Shown here: positions 25,486 through 37,249 of the stretch, piece by piece
Layout: every line of letters starts with the position of its first letter
How positions within the stretch are numbered: position 1 is the first letter of the stretch
From: Eledone cirrhosa
Lineage: Eukaryota
DNA length: 64,000 nt
Assembly (NCBI GenBank): GCA_964016885.1
Contig: OZ024761.1
Span: 22,072,001-22,136,000, forward strand
Reading direction: 5' to 3'
Notes under the pieces: model-generated
What the model was told of the DNA's origin: nothing
Database searches by the model: none
Seen by the model: only the letters and a program-made list of their open reading frames with translations
Position numbers and translations under genes: made by a program

Positions 25486-26872
25486 ATGGTGGTGGTGATA
25501 TTGGTAGTGGTGATGGTGGTGGTGGTAGTGATAGTGGTGGTGGTGGTGGTGGTGGTGATAGTGGTAGTGGTGATAGTGGTGGTGGTAGTGGTAGTGGTAG
25601 TGGTGGTGGTGATAGTGGCGGCGGTGGTCGTGGTAATAGTGGTAGTGATGGTGGTAGTGGTGGTGGTAATAGTGGTGATGGTGGTAGTGGTGGTGGTAAT
25701 AGTGGTAGTGGTACTGGAGGTGGTGGTGGTGTTGGTGGTGGTAGTAGTGGTAGTGGTGGTAGTGGTGGTGGCAGTGGTGGTGGTAATAGTGGTAGTGGTG
25801 GTGGTAATAGTGGTAGTGGTGGGAGTGGTAGTGGTGATATGTCATGTGAGGTAATTCCTGGCCCATAGCTCTGCTAAATGCAGAGTTTAAGAATATTGTC
25901 AGATGTATTGGGATACACTATAGACAAGGTATATTAGAAATCTGGCTTTGGTGGTGGCTGGGAGGGGCTGGTGGGGTACTGGTGGTGGCAGGGAGGGGAT
26001 GGTGGGGTACTGGTGGTGGCTGGTGGGGTACTGGTGGGGTACTGGTGGTGGCAGATGGGGTACTGGTGGGGTACTGGTGGGGATGGTAGTGAATGGTGGT
26101 GGCTGGTGAGGCCCTGGTGGGGGCTGGGGGGGGGGACTGGTGGTTGCTGGTAGTGGCTGGTGAGGCCCTGGTGGGGGCTGGTGAGGCCCTGGTGGGGGCT
26201 GGTGAGGCCCTGGTGGGGGCTGGTGAGGCCCTGGTGGGGGCTGGTGAGGCCCTGGTGACAGGTGGTGGCTGGTGGGGGCTGGTGAGGCCCTGGTGGGGGT
26301 GGGTGGGGTGGCTGTGGGGACAGGTGGTGGCTGGTGGGGGCTGGTGAGGCCCTGGTGGGGGCTGGTGGGGGCTGGTGAGGCCCTGGTGGTGGCTGGTGAG
26401 GCCCTGGTGGTGGCTGGTGAGGCCCTGGTGACAGGTGGTGGCTGGTGGTGGCTGGTGAGGCCCTGGTGGTGGCTGGTGAGGCCCTGGTGACAGGTGGTGG
26501 CTGGTGGTGGCTGGTGAGGCCCTGGTGGTGGTTGGTGGTGGCTGGTGAGGCCCTGGGGGTGGCTGGTGGGGGCTGGTGAGGCCCTGGGGGTGGCTGGTGG
26601 TGGCTGGTGAGGCCCTGGTGGGGGCTGGTGGTGGCTGGTGAGGCCCTGGTGGGGGCTGGTGGGGGCTGGTGAGGCCCTGGTGGGGGCTGGTGGTGGCTGG
26701 TGAGGCCCTGGTGGGGGCTGGTGGGGGCTGGTGAGGCCCTGGTGGGGGCTGGTGGTGGCTGGTGAGGCCCTGGTGGGGGCTGGTGGGGGCTGGTGAGGCC
26801 CTGGTGGGGGCTGGTGGTGGCTGGTGAGGCCCTGGTGGGGGCTGGTGGTGGCTGGTGAGGCCCTGGGGGTGG
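25486..26872. repeat. (GTG/GTA)n microsatellite plus G-rich ggctggtgaggccctggtgggg minisatellite
   Basis: Direct inspection. Confidence 0.9.
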
Positions 26873-27220
26873 CCCGGTCTATACGGTCAACCATCTTTAC
26901 TTACACAACCTGCCAGTACTTACTAGATCTACCATGTCATAGCTGTAAGGTATTGTATCCTACACCTGTCTCTAGACATACAGACATACGTATATATACA
27001 AACATACGTATATATACAAACATACTTATATATACATACACATTTATACATACTTATAGCTATATAAATTCATACATACTTACATATATACACACATACA
27101 TACACACATACTTACACATATACATATATATGTTCATATACATATATATGTGAGTGTATGGGTGCAACAATGCTATATATGCGCTTATATACATACACAC
27201 AGACCAATGTCATACATATA

Positions 27221-27260
<40 letters not shown>

Positions 27261-27276
27261 TCTATCTCTCTCTATA

Positions 27277-27335
<59 letters not shown>

Positions 27336-27600
27336 ATATGTATATATATATGTATATATATGTATATGTATGACATTAGTCTGTGTTGAAACATGTTCAC
27401 ACAGTAAGTCAGTTTTACCAACAGGTTTTCTTCTTCTGCCAGTATTTGACATTCAGTAAGATCAATATTCTATATACAATATATTGGGAACGAAATTGTA
27501 AGATAGTTTGTAGGAACAGGAGGTGAGCGGGCCTCGAGTGGGAAGTTTGATAAAAGCTGCAGCTTTTGTAACACACACACATACACACATATATACCTAA

Positions 27601-27873
27601 AGTCTGTCTTAAGCCAGAAGGCTCCTTTGGCTGGTGTTTATTCTGGTTTCATGGTGTGAAGCGACTAAGAGTACAAGACTCCCTCCTGGATAGGACGCCA
27701 GTCCATGGCAGGGTTAAACCTCCAGCTATTGCTGGTACACATTTATAGCTGAGTATACTGGAGCAACGTAAAATGAAATGTTTTGCTCAAGGACACAACA
27801 CACAATCCAGGAATCGAACCCACAGCATTAGGATTGTATGTCCAACAACCTTACCACTTGGCCATGTGACTCC
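27601..27873 (-). mobile_element. tRNA SINE with Meta-like domain
   Basis: Reverse-strand tRNA head (ggttcgattcc) and domain similar to the 17990 copy. Confidence 0.6.
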
Positions 27874-28117
27874 ATATATCATCGTCATCATCATCGTCGT
27901 TTAACGTCCATCTTCCAGTCTAGCATGGGTTTAGACGGGAGTTGTCCCACTTGAGGCAAGATTGGTTGTCTTGCTCGTATAGGACTGTCTGGCGGGTTTT
28001 CTACAGCTGGATGCCCTTCCTAACACCAACCACATTTACAGTGTGGACTGGGAGGTTTTTACCGTGTTACCTTACACGTCCACATTACAGCGTGGACTGT
28101 GTGTTTTTTTGTTGTGA

Positions 28118-28720
28118 CACCTACACGACCTCATTTATTTAGGACTGGATGTTGTGGCACCTACACGACCTCATTTATTTAGGACTGGATGTTGTGGCAC
28201 CTACACGACCTCATTTATTTAGGACTGGATGTTGTGGCACCTACACGACCTCATTTATTTAGGACTGGATGTTGTGGCACCTACACGACCTCATTTATTT
28301 AGGACTGGATGTTGTGGCACCTACACGACCTCATTTATTTAGGACTGGATGTTGTGGCACCTACACGACCTCATTTATTTAGGACTGGATGTTGTGGCAC
28401 CTACACGACCTCATTTATTTAGGACTGGATGTTGTGGCACCTACACGACCTCATTTATTTAGGACTGGATGTTGTGGCACCTACACGACCTCATTTATTT
28501 AGGACTGGATGTTGTGGCACCTACACGACCTCATTTATTTAGGACTGGATGTTGTGGCACCTACACGACCTCATTTATTTAGGACTGGATGTTGTGGCAC
28601 CTACACGACCTCATTTATTTAGGACTGGATGTTGTGGCACCTACACGACCTCATTTATTTAGGACTGGATGTTGTGGCACCTACACGACCTCATTTATTT
28701 AGGACTGGATGTTGTGGCAC
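28118..28720 (+). repeat. Perfect 40-bp tandem array (about 15 copies) inside a SINE-like repeat
   Basis: cacctacacgacctcatttatttaggactggatgttgtgg; single-unit relative at about 40440-40470. Confidence 0.95.
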
Positions 28721-29024
28721 CGACATAACTTTAGGTGTAGAGGGGGGTGGAGTGTGTTTTTGGTTAGGAGGAGCCAACTGACTGGGTTTCGCTTTGTACT
28801 TGGGCAAGGTGGGTCTTCTGTATTACTGCGTAGCGCCAAAGAAATATATATATATATATTAATGTGATATTGAAGGTCTTGAGAAAGAGAACTCAATACC
28901 AAAGTAGAGTTTAAATATTCTCTATTAAGGTTAACTGGTGAGTCTTGTTACTCTGGAGTTTAATCTAAGTAATCACAGGATCATATATGTATATCACATA
29001 TATATATATATATTTCTCATTCTT

Positions 29025-29061
29025 TCTTCTGAAGAAGGGACTAGCGTCCAAAACGTTAAGA
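29025..29061 (+). ncRNA. Minimal type I hammerhead, G12A-decayed
   Basis: UCUU-CUGAAGA-AG-GGAC(UAGC)GUCC-AAAA-CG-UU-AAGA. Confidence 0.65.
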
Positions 29062-29358
29062 CCCTCTTGCTGCTATATCAAGCGTTAACCTTATATATCT
29101 CTTCCATATACTGTACCGATTGTGTTATTATTTCTGTTTACCTTTTATACATCATCATCATCATTTTACGTCCGCTTTTCCCTGCTTTCAAGAGTGGGAC
29201 GGGTCCTATTCAGCACAACATCTCTCCACTTGTCACAGTCCTTCGTCATCTCCTCCATGAGCTTCAACGATCTGAGGTCAGCTCTTACCACCTACACTCA
29301 TGTTTTTTGTGGTCTTCCTCTACAGTTCTTCCTTTTACTGGGATTTCTTGGCACTTCT

Positions 29359-29523
<165 letters not shown>

Positions 29524-29532
29524 ATAAATATG

Positions 29533-29659
<127 letters not shown>

Positions 29660-29709
29660 ATAAATATGTATATATATATATGTATATATATATGTATAAT
29701 TATATATAC

Positions 29710-29740
<31 letters not shown>

Positions 29741-29741
<1 letters not shown>

Positions 29742-32478
29742 CATCATCACCGTTTTACGTCCGTTCTTCCACGCTAGCATGGGTTAGACGGGTTGTCCTG
29801 TTGTGGGCAGTGTCTGGTCGGCTGACCATGCCTTGCTCATACAGGAACTGATCTGGCTTGATTTCTACAGCTGGATGCCCTTCCTAACACCAACCTCATT
29901 TACAGTGAGTGGTGGGTGCTTTTTTGTGGCGCCTACACGTCCACTTTACAGTGTGGGCTGGGTGCTTTTTTGCCGTGGCACCTCCACGACCACCTTGCGG
30001 TGGGGGGGGGGGGGGCATATTGTTTATATGCTTCAGCATGTACCCATGGGAGGTCGGGTACCCTGTAATACTGCGTGACGCCAGAAGTCACGGTCGTGTG
30101 TCATTGACTTTGAGAGGTGTAGTTGGGTAAGGTCGGCTTTTATCACCTCATCCCAAGTCATCTTGGGTCTCCCCACTCCGCGGTTTCCATCAACTTCTAG
30201 TGCTCTGCACCTTTTTATGCAGCTGTCATCCTTCATACGCATCACATGTCCATACCAGCGTAACCGCCTCTCCTGCACGCAGCATTTGATTCCTCTTATG
30301 CTCAGTCTCTCTCTCAATTCCTTTATGCTTTGTCGTTCACGTATATTACTGTTACACATCCATCGGAGCATGCAGGCTTCGTTTCTCTCTAATCTACGTA
30401 AGTCTTCCACCTTCAGCGCCCAGGTCTCACTACCATGCAACATCGCTGTTCGGATACACGCATCATACAGTCTGCCTTTCATTCTGAGGGAGAAGCCTTT
30501 TGCAGCTAGCAGTGGTAGTAGTTCCCTAAACTTCTTCCATCCCGTTCTTACCCTAGTTATTGTACTTTCTGAGCACCCACCTCCGTTGCTAATTCGGTCA
30601 CCTAGGTAGCAGAAGCTGTCTACTGTTTCTACAGGGCCCTCCCAGAGATTGGTGGTACTTGTTTCCTGTGGCTGTTTGCTTGCTGTTTCAGCACAGCTGC
30701 TGCATGTGAATCCTACATTCTTAATTAAGCTTCCTGAGATCCCGCTACATCTCTTGTGTACCCATTGTTTGCATTTGGGGCAGAGAATGGAGTTCCTACC
30801 TACACCTTTCCTACATACTGAGCAAGGCCATTTCCCTGAGGGGATCTGGGTTCTGTTTTCTCGTCTACTTATAAGGACCTTAGTCTTTGTCATGTTGACT
30901 TTGAGGCCCTTTCTCTCTAGTCCCTGCTTCCAGGTTTGGAATTTATTCTCTAGTTCTACCATAGATTCAGCTATGAGTGCGAGGTCATCAGCATACAGGA
31001 GTTCCCATGGGCATCCGGTCTTAAACTCCTCCGTTATTGCCTGCAGGACTATGATGAACAGGAGAGGGCTAAGAACAGAGCCCTGGTGGACCCCAACCTG
31101 TACGCTAAATTCCTCGCTATACTCATTGCCAATCCTAACTTTGCTGACTGCTCCCCTATACATGGCTTGTACCGCTTTCACAAGCCATTCATCTACTCCT
31201 AGTTTTCTAAGACCCCACCAGATTACTGCACGTGGAACTCTGTCAAAGGCTTTCTCAAGGTCGACAAATGCCAAGTAGAGTGGCTTACTTTTAGCTAGGT
31301 ACTTTTCCTGTAATTGCCTCACAAGGAAGAGGGCATCAGTGGTGCCTTTCCCTGCTACAAACCCAAATTGCATCTCGTCTATATTCACCCGGTCCCTAAT
31401 CAGCTGTGCTATAACTCTTTCTGTTACTTTCATGACCTGGTCCATCAACTTTATACCTCTATAGTTCCCTCTATCTAGTGCATCGCCTTTACCTTTGTAG
31501 CAGTTGACAATGATGCTACTGCACCAATCTTTTGGTATGGCCCCCTCTAGTATTACCTGGTTAACGATACGTGTGGTTATAGTGTGACCTACAGACCCAG
31601 ATGCCTTCAGCATCTCGGCAGCTATACCCGATGGACCGGTTGCCTTCCCTATCTTCATATCTCTGATTGCCTTACTTACTACGCTGCCGCTGACTTGTAC
31701 TGCTGGTCCCTCTATAGGGTCTACGTGGGGTAGGGTCTCTTCTTCCCATGCATTCTCCTCATTTAGTAATCTATCATAATGACTCTTCCATGCATCTTTC
31801 TTCTCAGCACTTGTGAGGGCAAGCTCACCTTTATCATTCCGGATACACTTCTCTCCAATGACATCACAACTATCTCTGACACACTGCCTCGCAATCTTGA
31901 ATACCTCCTGTTTCTGGTCCTCACGTTGTAAAACATGCTTGAATTTTCTATCCTCTGCTTCCCTCCTAGCTAAGTATACTTGTCGCCTAGCTTCCCTCTT
32001 GGTCTCTATGTAATGTACCCTGCTCCCCCCGTTCTTCCATTCTTTCCATGCCTGTCTCTTGGCCTTGACTGCTTCATCTACCTTATTGTTCCACCACCAA
32101 GTCACTCTCCTCCTGCTTGAGGTCTTACTCCAGCCACAAACCTCATCCGTCGCCTCTAGTAAGTTATTTTTTAGGAACTCCCAGTTCTCTTCTATGTTAA
32201 ATGTCTCTATCTGTTCTTCTTTACTGTCGTAGGCGTTGAGTAAAATATCTTTAAATCTGTTACTGGTTGAGGGGACTTTCAGCCTCCAGATCTTTCTTCT
32301 CCAGGTTGGCCTCTGTTTCAGGGCTCGTCTAGTTCTGACCGTGAGGTCACTGACAACTAAGCTATGTTGGGATGTACATTCCTCACTAGGGAAGGCTTTT
32401 GTGTTTACGACCGTCCATCTGTCACGTTGTTTACGACCGTCCATCTGTCACGTTGTTTACGACCGTCCATCTGTCACG
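29741..32478 (-). mobile_element. RTE-clade LINE (family A), 5'-truncated, inserted in (TA)n
   Basis: Open ORF plus ~290-nt 3' UTR and (GAT)n tail; (TA)n on both sides. Confidence 0.93.
30033..32400 (-). CDS. RTE ORF: end of APE endonuclease, reverse transcriptase, PHD-like finger
   Basis: [41 protein letters not shown]-x2-C..C-x2-C-x4-H-x2-C..C-x2-[16 protein letters not shown]; no internal stops. Confidence 0.93.
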
Positions 32479-32510
32479 TATATGTATATATATATGTATA
32501 TATGTATATA

Positions 32511-32579
<69 letters not shown>

Positions 32580-32580
32580 G

Positions 32581-32636
<56 letters not shown>

Positions 32637-32708
32637 CATTATGAAGAGAGAAGAAACATTTAGATATAATTAGTAATAAAATGTATCATACCTAAACTGC
32701 TCCTAAAT

Positions 32709-32796
32709 TCCTCGACTACGTAGTTTCGTGGCATAAACAAAAACAATATATCAAAGATATAGAGTCCTTGCGAGGTCTGCCGACTTATCAAGAGGA
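32709..32796 (-). ncRNA. Type I hammerhead with compensatory U3-A8 core
   Basis: UCCUC-UUGAUAA-GUcGGCA...UGCCAC-GAAA-CUACGUAG-UC-GAGGA; GUC triplet. Confidence 0.72.
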
Positions 32797-33053
32797 TACC
32801 TCATTTTACTAGTCTCAAGAACGCGTCTACACGACGTGAGAAAGAATCCCAAAAGGCGGAGGGGGAGATAGTCACGCGATATAACGGTCGAGAAACAGAG
32901 CTAAGCCTCCTATAACCACGAAGAAAATACCACGGAGGCGGAGGGGGTACATATATGTATATATATGTATATATATATGTATATATATATATGTATATAT
33001 ATATGTATATATATATGTATATATATATGTATATACATATGTATATATATATG

Positions 33054-33088
<35 letters not shown>

Positions 33089-33179
33089 GTATATATATAT
33101 ATATATGTATATATATATGTATATATATATATATATGTATATATATATGTATATATATATATATATGTATATATATATG

Positions 33180-33215
<36 letters not shown>

Positions 33216-33273
33216 TATACATATATATACATTATATATATATATATATATTAGACATCCGTTTTAAATAAAT

Positions 33274-33346
33274 TTTCTTTCTGACGAACGATTTCAGATG
33301 TCTCTGTCAAGCTCGTCTGTCTTTGTGAAACCTTTGGTAAATGGAA
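33274..33346 (+). ncRNA. Type I hammerhead, intact core
   Basis: UUUCUUU-CUGACGA-ACGA..CAGAUG/CGUCUG..UUGU-GAAA-CC(UUU)GG-UA-AAUGGAA in a ~130-bp island between (TA)n tracts. Confidence 0.68.
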
Positions 33347-33375
33347 TTATTGTCTTATGTTGTTTATTACATAAC

Positions 33376-33450
<75 letters not shown>

Positions 33451-33760
33451 AAGTACAGCATAATCGAAGCTCTGGCTGCAGCTAAGCTAACGAATGCAAT
33501 CGGGATGTGCAGCTAAGCACTCAATAAGGTATTTTACCTTAGAGTTATAACATTACGTTTAGACAGTTTTGCAAATTGAAGACAGCGACCGGTAAGTCAG
33601 CCGCAGGGACCAAAGCAACGAGAAAACTGACTCAGGAAAATATGACAAACCTGGACCATCGCGTTGATATTATACAATATCTCCGCTAGGTTTCTGTAAA
33701 TCTGAAATCAACAAAGTCCACTTGCAGGGCATGCAAGCTATTGGTTTAGGAAGATCAAAC

Positions 33761-33790
<30 letters not shown>

Positions 33791-33793
<3 letters not shown>

Positions 33794-34120
33794 GACCTCC
33801 CATGGGTACATGCTGAAGCATATAAACAATATGCTCCCACACCCCCCACCGCAAGGTGGTCGTGGAGGTGCCACGGCAAAAAAGCACCCAGCCCACACTG
33901 TAAAGTGGACGTGTAGGCGCCACAAAAAAGCACCCACCACTCACTGTAAATGAGGTTGGTGTTAGGAAGGGCATCCAGCTGTAGAAATCAAGCCAGATCA
34001 GTTCCTGTATGAGCAAGGCATGGTCAGCCGACCAGACACTGCACACAACAGGACAACCCGTCTAACCCATGCTAGCGTGGAAGAACGGACGTAAAACGGT
34101 GATGATGATGATGATGATGA

Positions 34121-34122
<2 letters not shown>
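33791..34122 (+). mobile_element. Short 5'-truncated copy of RTE family A (3' UTR only)
   Basis: Near-identical inverted copy of 29741-30057, between (TA)n tracts. Confidence 0.9.
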
Positions 34123-34168
<46 letters not shown>

Positions 34169-34351
34169 CGAAAAACAAATCAAGCAAAGCTTGTAAAAAA
34201 TGTTCTTTATGTTTTAAAAAATATAAATAACAATAATAATGAACAGGATTGTGTACACTACTCAGGTGAGAATAAAGCAAGTGTTATGGGAACTATGGCA
34301 TTAGACATGTCAAACATTGATAGAAGCTGTTACTGTTAAATTGTCCAATTA

Positions 34352-36343
34352 CACTGTGTAACAAAAAACATTTTTTTTTCACTGTTCCTGGCTTGTAATC
34401 ACTTTTTTTGTGTTGCTTAGGTCCCAAATAAATAAAATAAGTGCTATTAAACAGTTAAAAATTTGGGTTTGTAAAAATTCTAAGCTATTCACTAGAATTA
34501 TTTGTATGCTGGATTTTACGTTGTATGTAAGTTTAATTTGCTTATGTTAAATGATTTTTTTATATATGTTTCAGGTTAAATTAAAATGATAAAATAAAGA
34601 GTAATACCCAAAGAAAATTATAAAAGTGCAATAAAGTATAAAATTGTTAAAAAGTGGATTAAAGAGATTTATTGATACTGGATTTTCGCACCCTGAATAA
34701 AGGGTAAGTTGTGTTTTAAGCACGAATTTTCATTAGTATGATTAGTGTTCTTTTATATTATTTAAATATGTATTTCCATTTCCAATATTTATTTTGTATT
34801 GCATATCAAATTTATTTTCCAAGACAAGTATTCTGATGAAGAGGAGGAGATGGATGCTGAGGACTTGGATTACCTGCCTGAGGTACCAGAAAAAGTTCCT
34901 CACTTCCCAAACCAAAAAGAAGTCAATGACTTGGTCAGGGATATGGGTCTGACCAAGTCCAATGCAGAGCTATTCGTCTCCAGGATGAAGCAGTGGAACT
35001 TGGTCAAGGAGGAAGTGGAGGTGACAAGTCAGAGAAGTCGACACAAATCTTTCTCAGGCTTTTACACTCTTATGGATGGCCTCTGCTTCTGCCATGACGT
35101 GCCTGGACTGTTTGACGTTATTGGGGTGCCGTTTGTGCCCAAGGAGTGGCGGCTATTTATAGACAGCTCTACCACAAGTTTGAAGGCTGTCCTCCTCCAC
35201 AATGGAAACAAGTTCCCGACACTGCCCCTAGCTCATTCAGTCTGCCTGCAGGAAGATTACTACAGTGTGAAAGTCCTCTTGGAAGCTCTGCAATACAACC
35301 AGTACAATTGGGAAATCATTGGAGACTTCAAGATGGTAGCTTTCCTGCTTGGACTCCAAGGAGGCTTTATCAAATTCCAATGCTTCCTCTGCCTTTGGGA
35401 CAGCAGAGCCACCTCTGACCACTACAAAAGAAAGAACAGGGAGCAGCGAACAGAATTTGTAGTTGGGACCTGGAATGTCATGTGGGAGCCACTGGTTGAT
35501 CCCAGGATTGTGCGCTCATGCCGCCACTGCACATTAAGTTGGGGTTGATGAAGCAGTTTGTGAAGGCTCTCAACCAAGAATCAGCTGCTTTTAAGTACCT
35601 TCTTGAGTTCTTCCCCAAGTTATCTGAAGCCAAAATCAAAGGTGGAATTTTTGTTGGACCTCAGATAAAGAAGGTGTTTGAGTCTACGGAGTTCTCCAAT
35701 AAGCTCAATAGGATTGAGAGAACAGCATGGAACTGTTTCAAGGCAGTTGTTAAGGGCTTCATGGGCAACTACAGAGCTGAAATCTACCAGCAACTGGTGC
35801 AGGATCTGATAAAGGCTTTTGGTGCCATGGGATGCAGATGTCGCTTAAACTCCATATGTTGGACGCTCACCGGGAAAAATTCAAGGACAATATGGGCGCC
35901 TACTCAGAAGAACAAGGCGAACGATTCCACCAAGATGTCAATGAGATAGAGCGGAGGTACCAGGGCCACTACAATGAAAAAATGATGGGGGGACTATATC
36001 TGGGGGCTAGTGTGGGAATGCGACCTGGACTACAACCGCAAATCCAGGAAATCCAGTCATTTCTGACGTGTATAAGTTGCTTTATAAATGTTATTTATTT
36101 TTACTTGTTTGCTTTTGATAAGCTTGTGTAATAAAATATATATATACTCTGTTGATTTAATTATATGAACTGATAAATTTAAAAAAAATGTGTTTTTTCT
36201 TGAAAAATATGAAAATTTCGAAATATCAAACTCCTGACCACAAACCCAAACTTCTGATTAAATAATAGTGTTTTTTTATAATAATGGGATATAACAAACC
36301 ATGAAATGACACTTAGAACCAGGGACAAATATGTTACACGGTG
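34352..36343 (+). mobile_element. Chapaev3-like (CMC superfamily) DNA transposon
   Basis: TTA|CACTGTGTAACA...TGTTACACGGTG|TTA; 3-bp TWA TSD and CAC termini; transposase remnant inside. Confidence 0.85.
34823..36066 (+). pseudogene. Chapaev3-like transposase, frameshifted, N-terminus missing
   Basis: WRLFIDSS, AVLLHNGN, GDFKMV, CFLCLWDSRA, PPLHIKLGLMKQFVKAL, SLKLHML, SEEQGERFHQD across three ORFs (shifts near 35515 and 35835). Confidence 0.85.
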
Positions 36344-36494
36344 TTATATAATTCTACACTATAAGAAAATAATATAGATAACACTTAGAGACACAATCAA
36401 TATATATATAATCAATATATATATATATATTGATTGTTATATACTAATAATAAAATAAAAGATGAGGTGTTAGATCTTTATTACATTTATTGAG

Positions 36495-36580
36495 GTGTGA
36501 CACATGTTTCGCGATTGATTAGTTCAAGGCTCAATCTATATTGATCTGGTCTGATACTAGAATCAAAAGCTCGTTGGACT
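36495..36580 (-). ncRNA. Decayed hammerhead-like motif
   Basis: GAAA-CAUGUG-UC and stem II (GC..UUGAUU/AAUCAA..GC) present; 5' core reads CCAACGA. Confidence 0.4.
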
Positions 36581-37030
36581 TCTGTAATATACAACACCTG
36601 TAATATACAACACCTGTAATATACAACACCTGTAATATACAACACCTGTAATATACAACACCAACTGCTGCAAACTATGCATTGAGTGCTCAGCCTTTCT
36701 TTGTACATAGAAAGAAACCTTTTGTTGTCAACAGCGGGAGTAGTTGTCCTATCCTTATACTAGCTATTATAATCTTTGTTATCAATTAGGTCACCTAGAT
36801 AGCAGTAGTTATCAAACATGGCTATGGATCCTTCCTATGACTGAAAAAGGTTTATATCAGCAGTCTTCCCCTTAATTTCTCCTGTGCATTGTCTACCTGT
36901 AAATATCTCCCTTCCTCTTAGTCTACCCATTAACTCCCTACATATATACCCAACATTTCAATTGTATAACATTACTTTTATAGTTTTCATCATTGTTATT
37001 ACTTTTACTATTATTATTATTAATATATGA

Positions 37031-37240
37031 TGGTGGTGGATTGGCAGTATCGGTAGAGGGTCAGACGCCATGCTTTCCAGCATAGTTACGTCCCTTTACG
37101 GTCTGAGTTCAAATCCCGCCGAGGTTCACTTTGCCTTTCATCCTTACGGGGTAGATAAAATAAGTACCAGTAATGCACTGGGTAATTGCTGGCCTTGTGC
37201 CAAAAGTAGAAACAATTATTATTAATAATAATAATAATAA
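37031..37240 (+). mobile_element. SINE with Nin/Deu-like domain
   Basis: gagttcaaatcc B box, gcctttcatccttacgggg..gataaaataagtacc; relatives at 11430, 52027, 52610, 63200. Confidence 0.75.
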
Positions 37241-37249
37241 TAATAAAAT

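Noticed and set aside
25899-26894. 331-aa Pro-rich ORF and the many YI/HT/V-rich ORFs in the track
   Set aside because: Translations of micro- and minisatellites
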